From assembly GCA_963654425.1 (NCBI GenBank), contig CAVKAR010000004.1, forward strand, positions 5,293 to 69,292: a DNA stretch of 64,000 nt, given 5' to 3'. Positions within the stretch are counted from its first letter, which is position 1. Every line of letters starts with the position of its first letter. Origin of the DNA: Lachnospiraceae bacterium. Lineage in GTDB: Bacteria; Bacillota_I; Bacilli_A; RFN20; CAG-826. The position numbers and the translations under genes are program-made. Positions 63,765-64,000 of this stretch are shown one piece after another. Under the pieces are notes generated by a model, which did not search any database, was not told the DNA's origin, and was given only the letters and a program-made list of their open reading frames with translations.

Positions 63765-64000
63765 ATGAAAATCGCAACCGAGGAAATAAGCGCGCTCATC
63801 AAAGAGCAGATAAAATCCTTTGAAGGAGCCATCGAGAATGACGATGTTGGCACCGTCACGAGCGTCGGAGACGGAATCGCCATCATTTTCGGGCTCAAAA
63901 GCGCGATGCTTGGCGAATTATTGCTTTTCCCGCACGATGTAGTCGGTATGGTCATGAACCTCAATCTTGATAGCGTTGGCGCCGTTTTGCTCGGCGAAGG
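63765..64000 (+). CDS. atpA: F0F1 ATP synthase subunit alpha, N-terminal fragment (runs off the window)
   Basis: My translation from ATG 63765 gives MKIATEEISALIKEQIKSFEGAIENDDVGTVTSVGDGIAIIFGL..., the canonical AtpA N-terminus. SD AGGAGG upstream. It is absent from the ORF track because no stop falls inside the window. Confidence 0.85.
   Translation, partial: MKIATEEISALIKEQIKSFEGAIENDDVGTVTSVGDGIAIIFGLKSAMLGELLLFPHDVVGMVMNLNLDSVGAVLLGE

Noticed and set aside
1-64000. Mollicute-type genetic code 4 (UGA = Trp)
   Set aside because: TGA ends several genes exactly at conserved C-termini or coupled junctions (ABC ATPase 202, addB 3502, glpK 57430, rsmD 15043). Trp is encoded by TGG throughout, and the long ORFs are intact under code 11.
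1-64000. CRISPR arrays, rRNA genes, prophage, IS elements or an integrative element next to the tRNA pair
   Set aside because: I saw no spaced direct-repeat array and no integrase, transposase, recombinase or phage structural motifs in any ORF. The genes flanking the tRNAs (rdgB, trxA) are housekeeping. An exhaustive repeat search was not possible by eye.

Overview
This is a very gene-dense chromosomal segment; by my tally well over 90% of it is coding. It uses the standard genetic code: TGA, TAA and TAG all end well-defined genes, and Trp is TGG. Gene content and synteny point to the Bacillota/Mycoplasmatota (Firmicutes/Mollicutes-like) lineage: AddAB, RNase J, ylbF-rsmD-coaD, lipoproteins, an MGDG-synthase-like glycosyltransferase, and a mycoplasma-like tRNA-Gly(UCC). 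Most genes are housekeeping: addB/addA, maf, rnj, def, rsmD, coaD, trxA, rdgB, yigZ-pepP, glpK, a udk-like kinase, the atpIBEFHA operon start, and tRNA-Gly plus tRNA-Asp. The rest are transporters, including a MacB-type ABC system, an asymmetric heterodimeric ABC exporter, two MFS/GPH carriers and a YitT protein, plus a TetR-controlled GPH/GH36/GT28-like sugar operon. I saw no CRISPR array, rRNA, transposase or integrase. Six things stand out. (1) A 1,963-aa DUF4011-type SF1 helicase is fused to a Vsr/DUF559-fold nuclease and flanked by orphan genes, inside a block (about 17.7-33.2 kb) that looks accessory or defence-like and also holds an orphan Vsr. (2) A 2,389-aa acidic membrane-anchored protein is built from diverged modules of about 220 aa and is preceded by palindromic operator-like sites. 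(3) An extended -10 box recurs 6-10 nt upstream of ATG with no SD, a leaderless-type architecture. (4) The ATP synthase c subunit carries a two-carboxylate Na+-type motif. (5) A TraX-family gene is split by one in-frame TAA. (6) A membrane-anchored PTS EIIB-like domain lacks its phospho-cysteine. All family calls come from motif recognition by eye and need HMM or BLAST confirmation.
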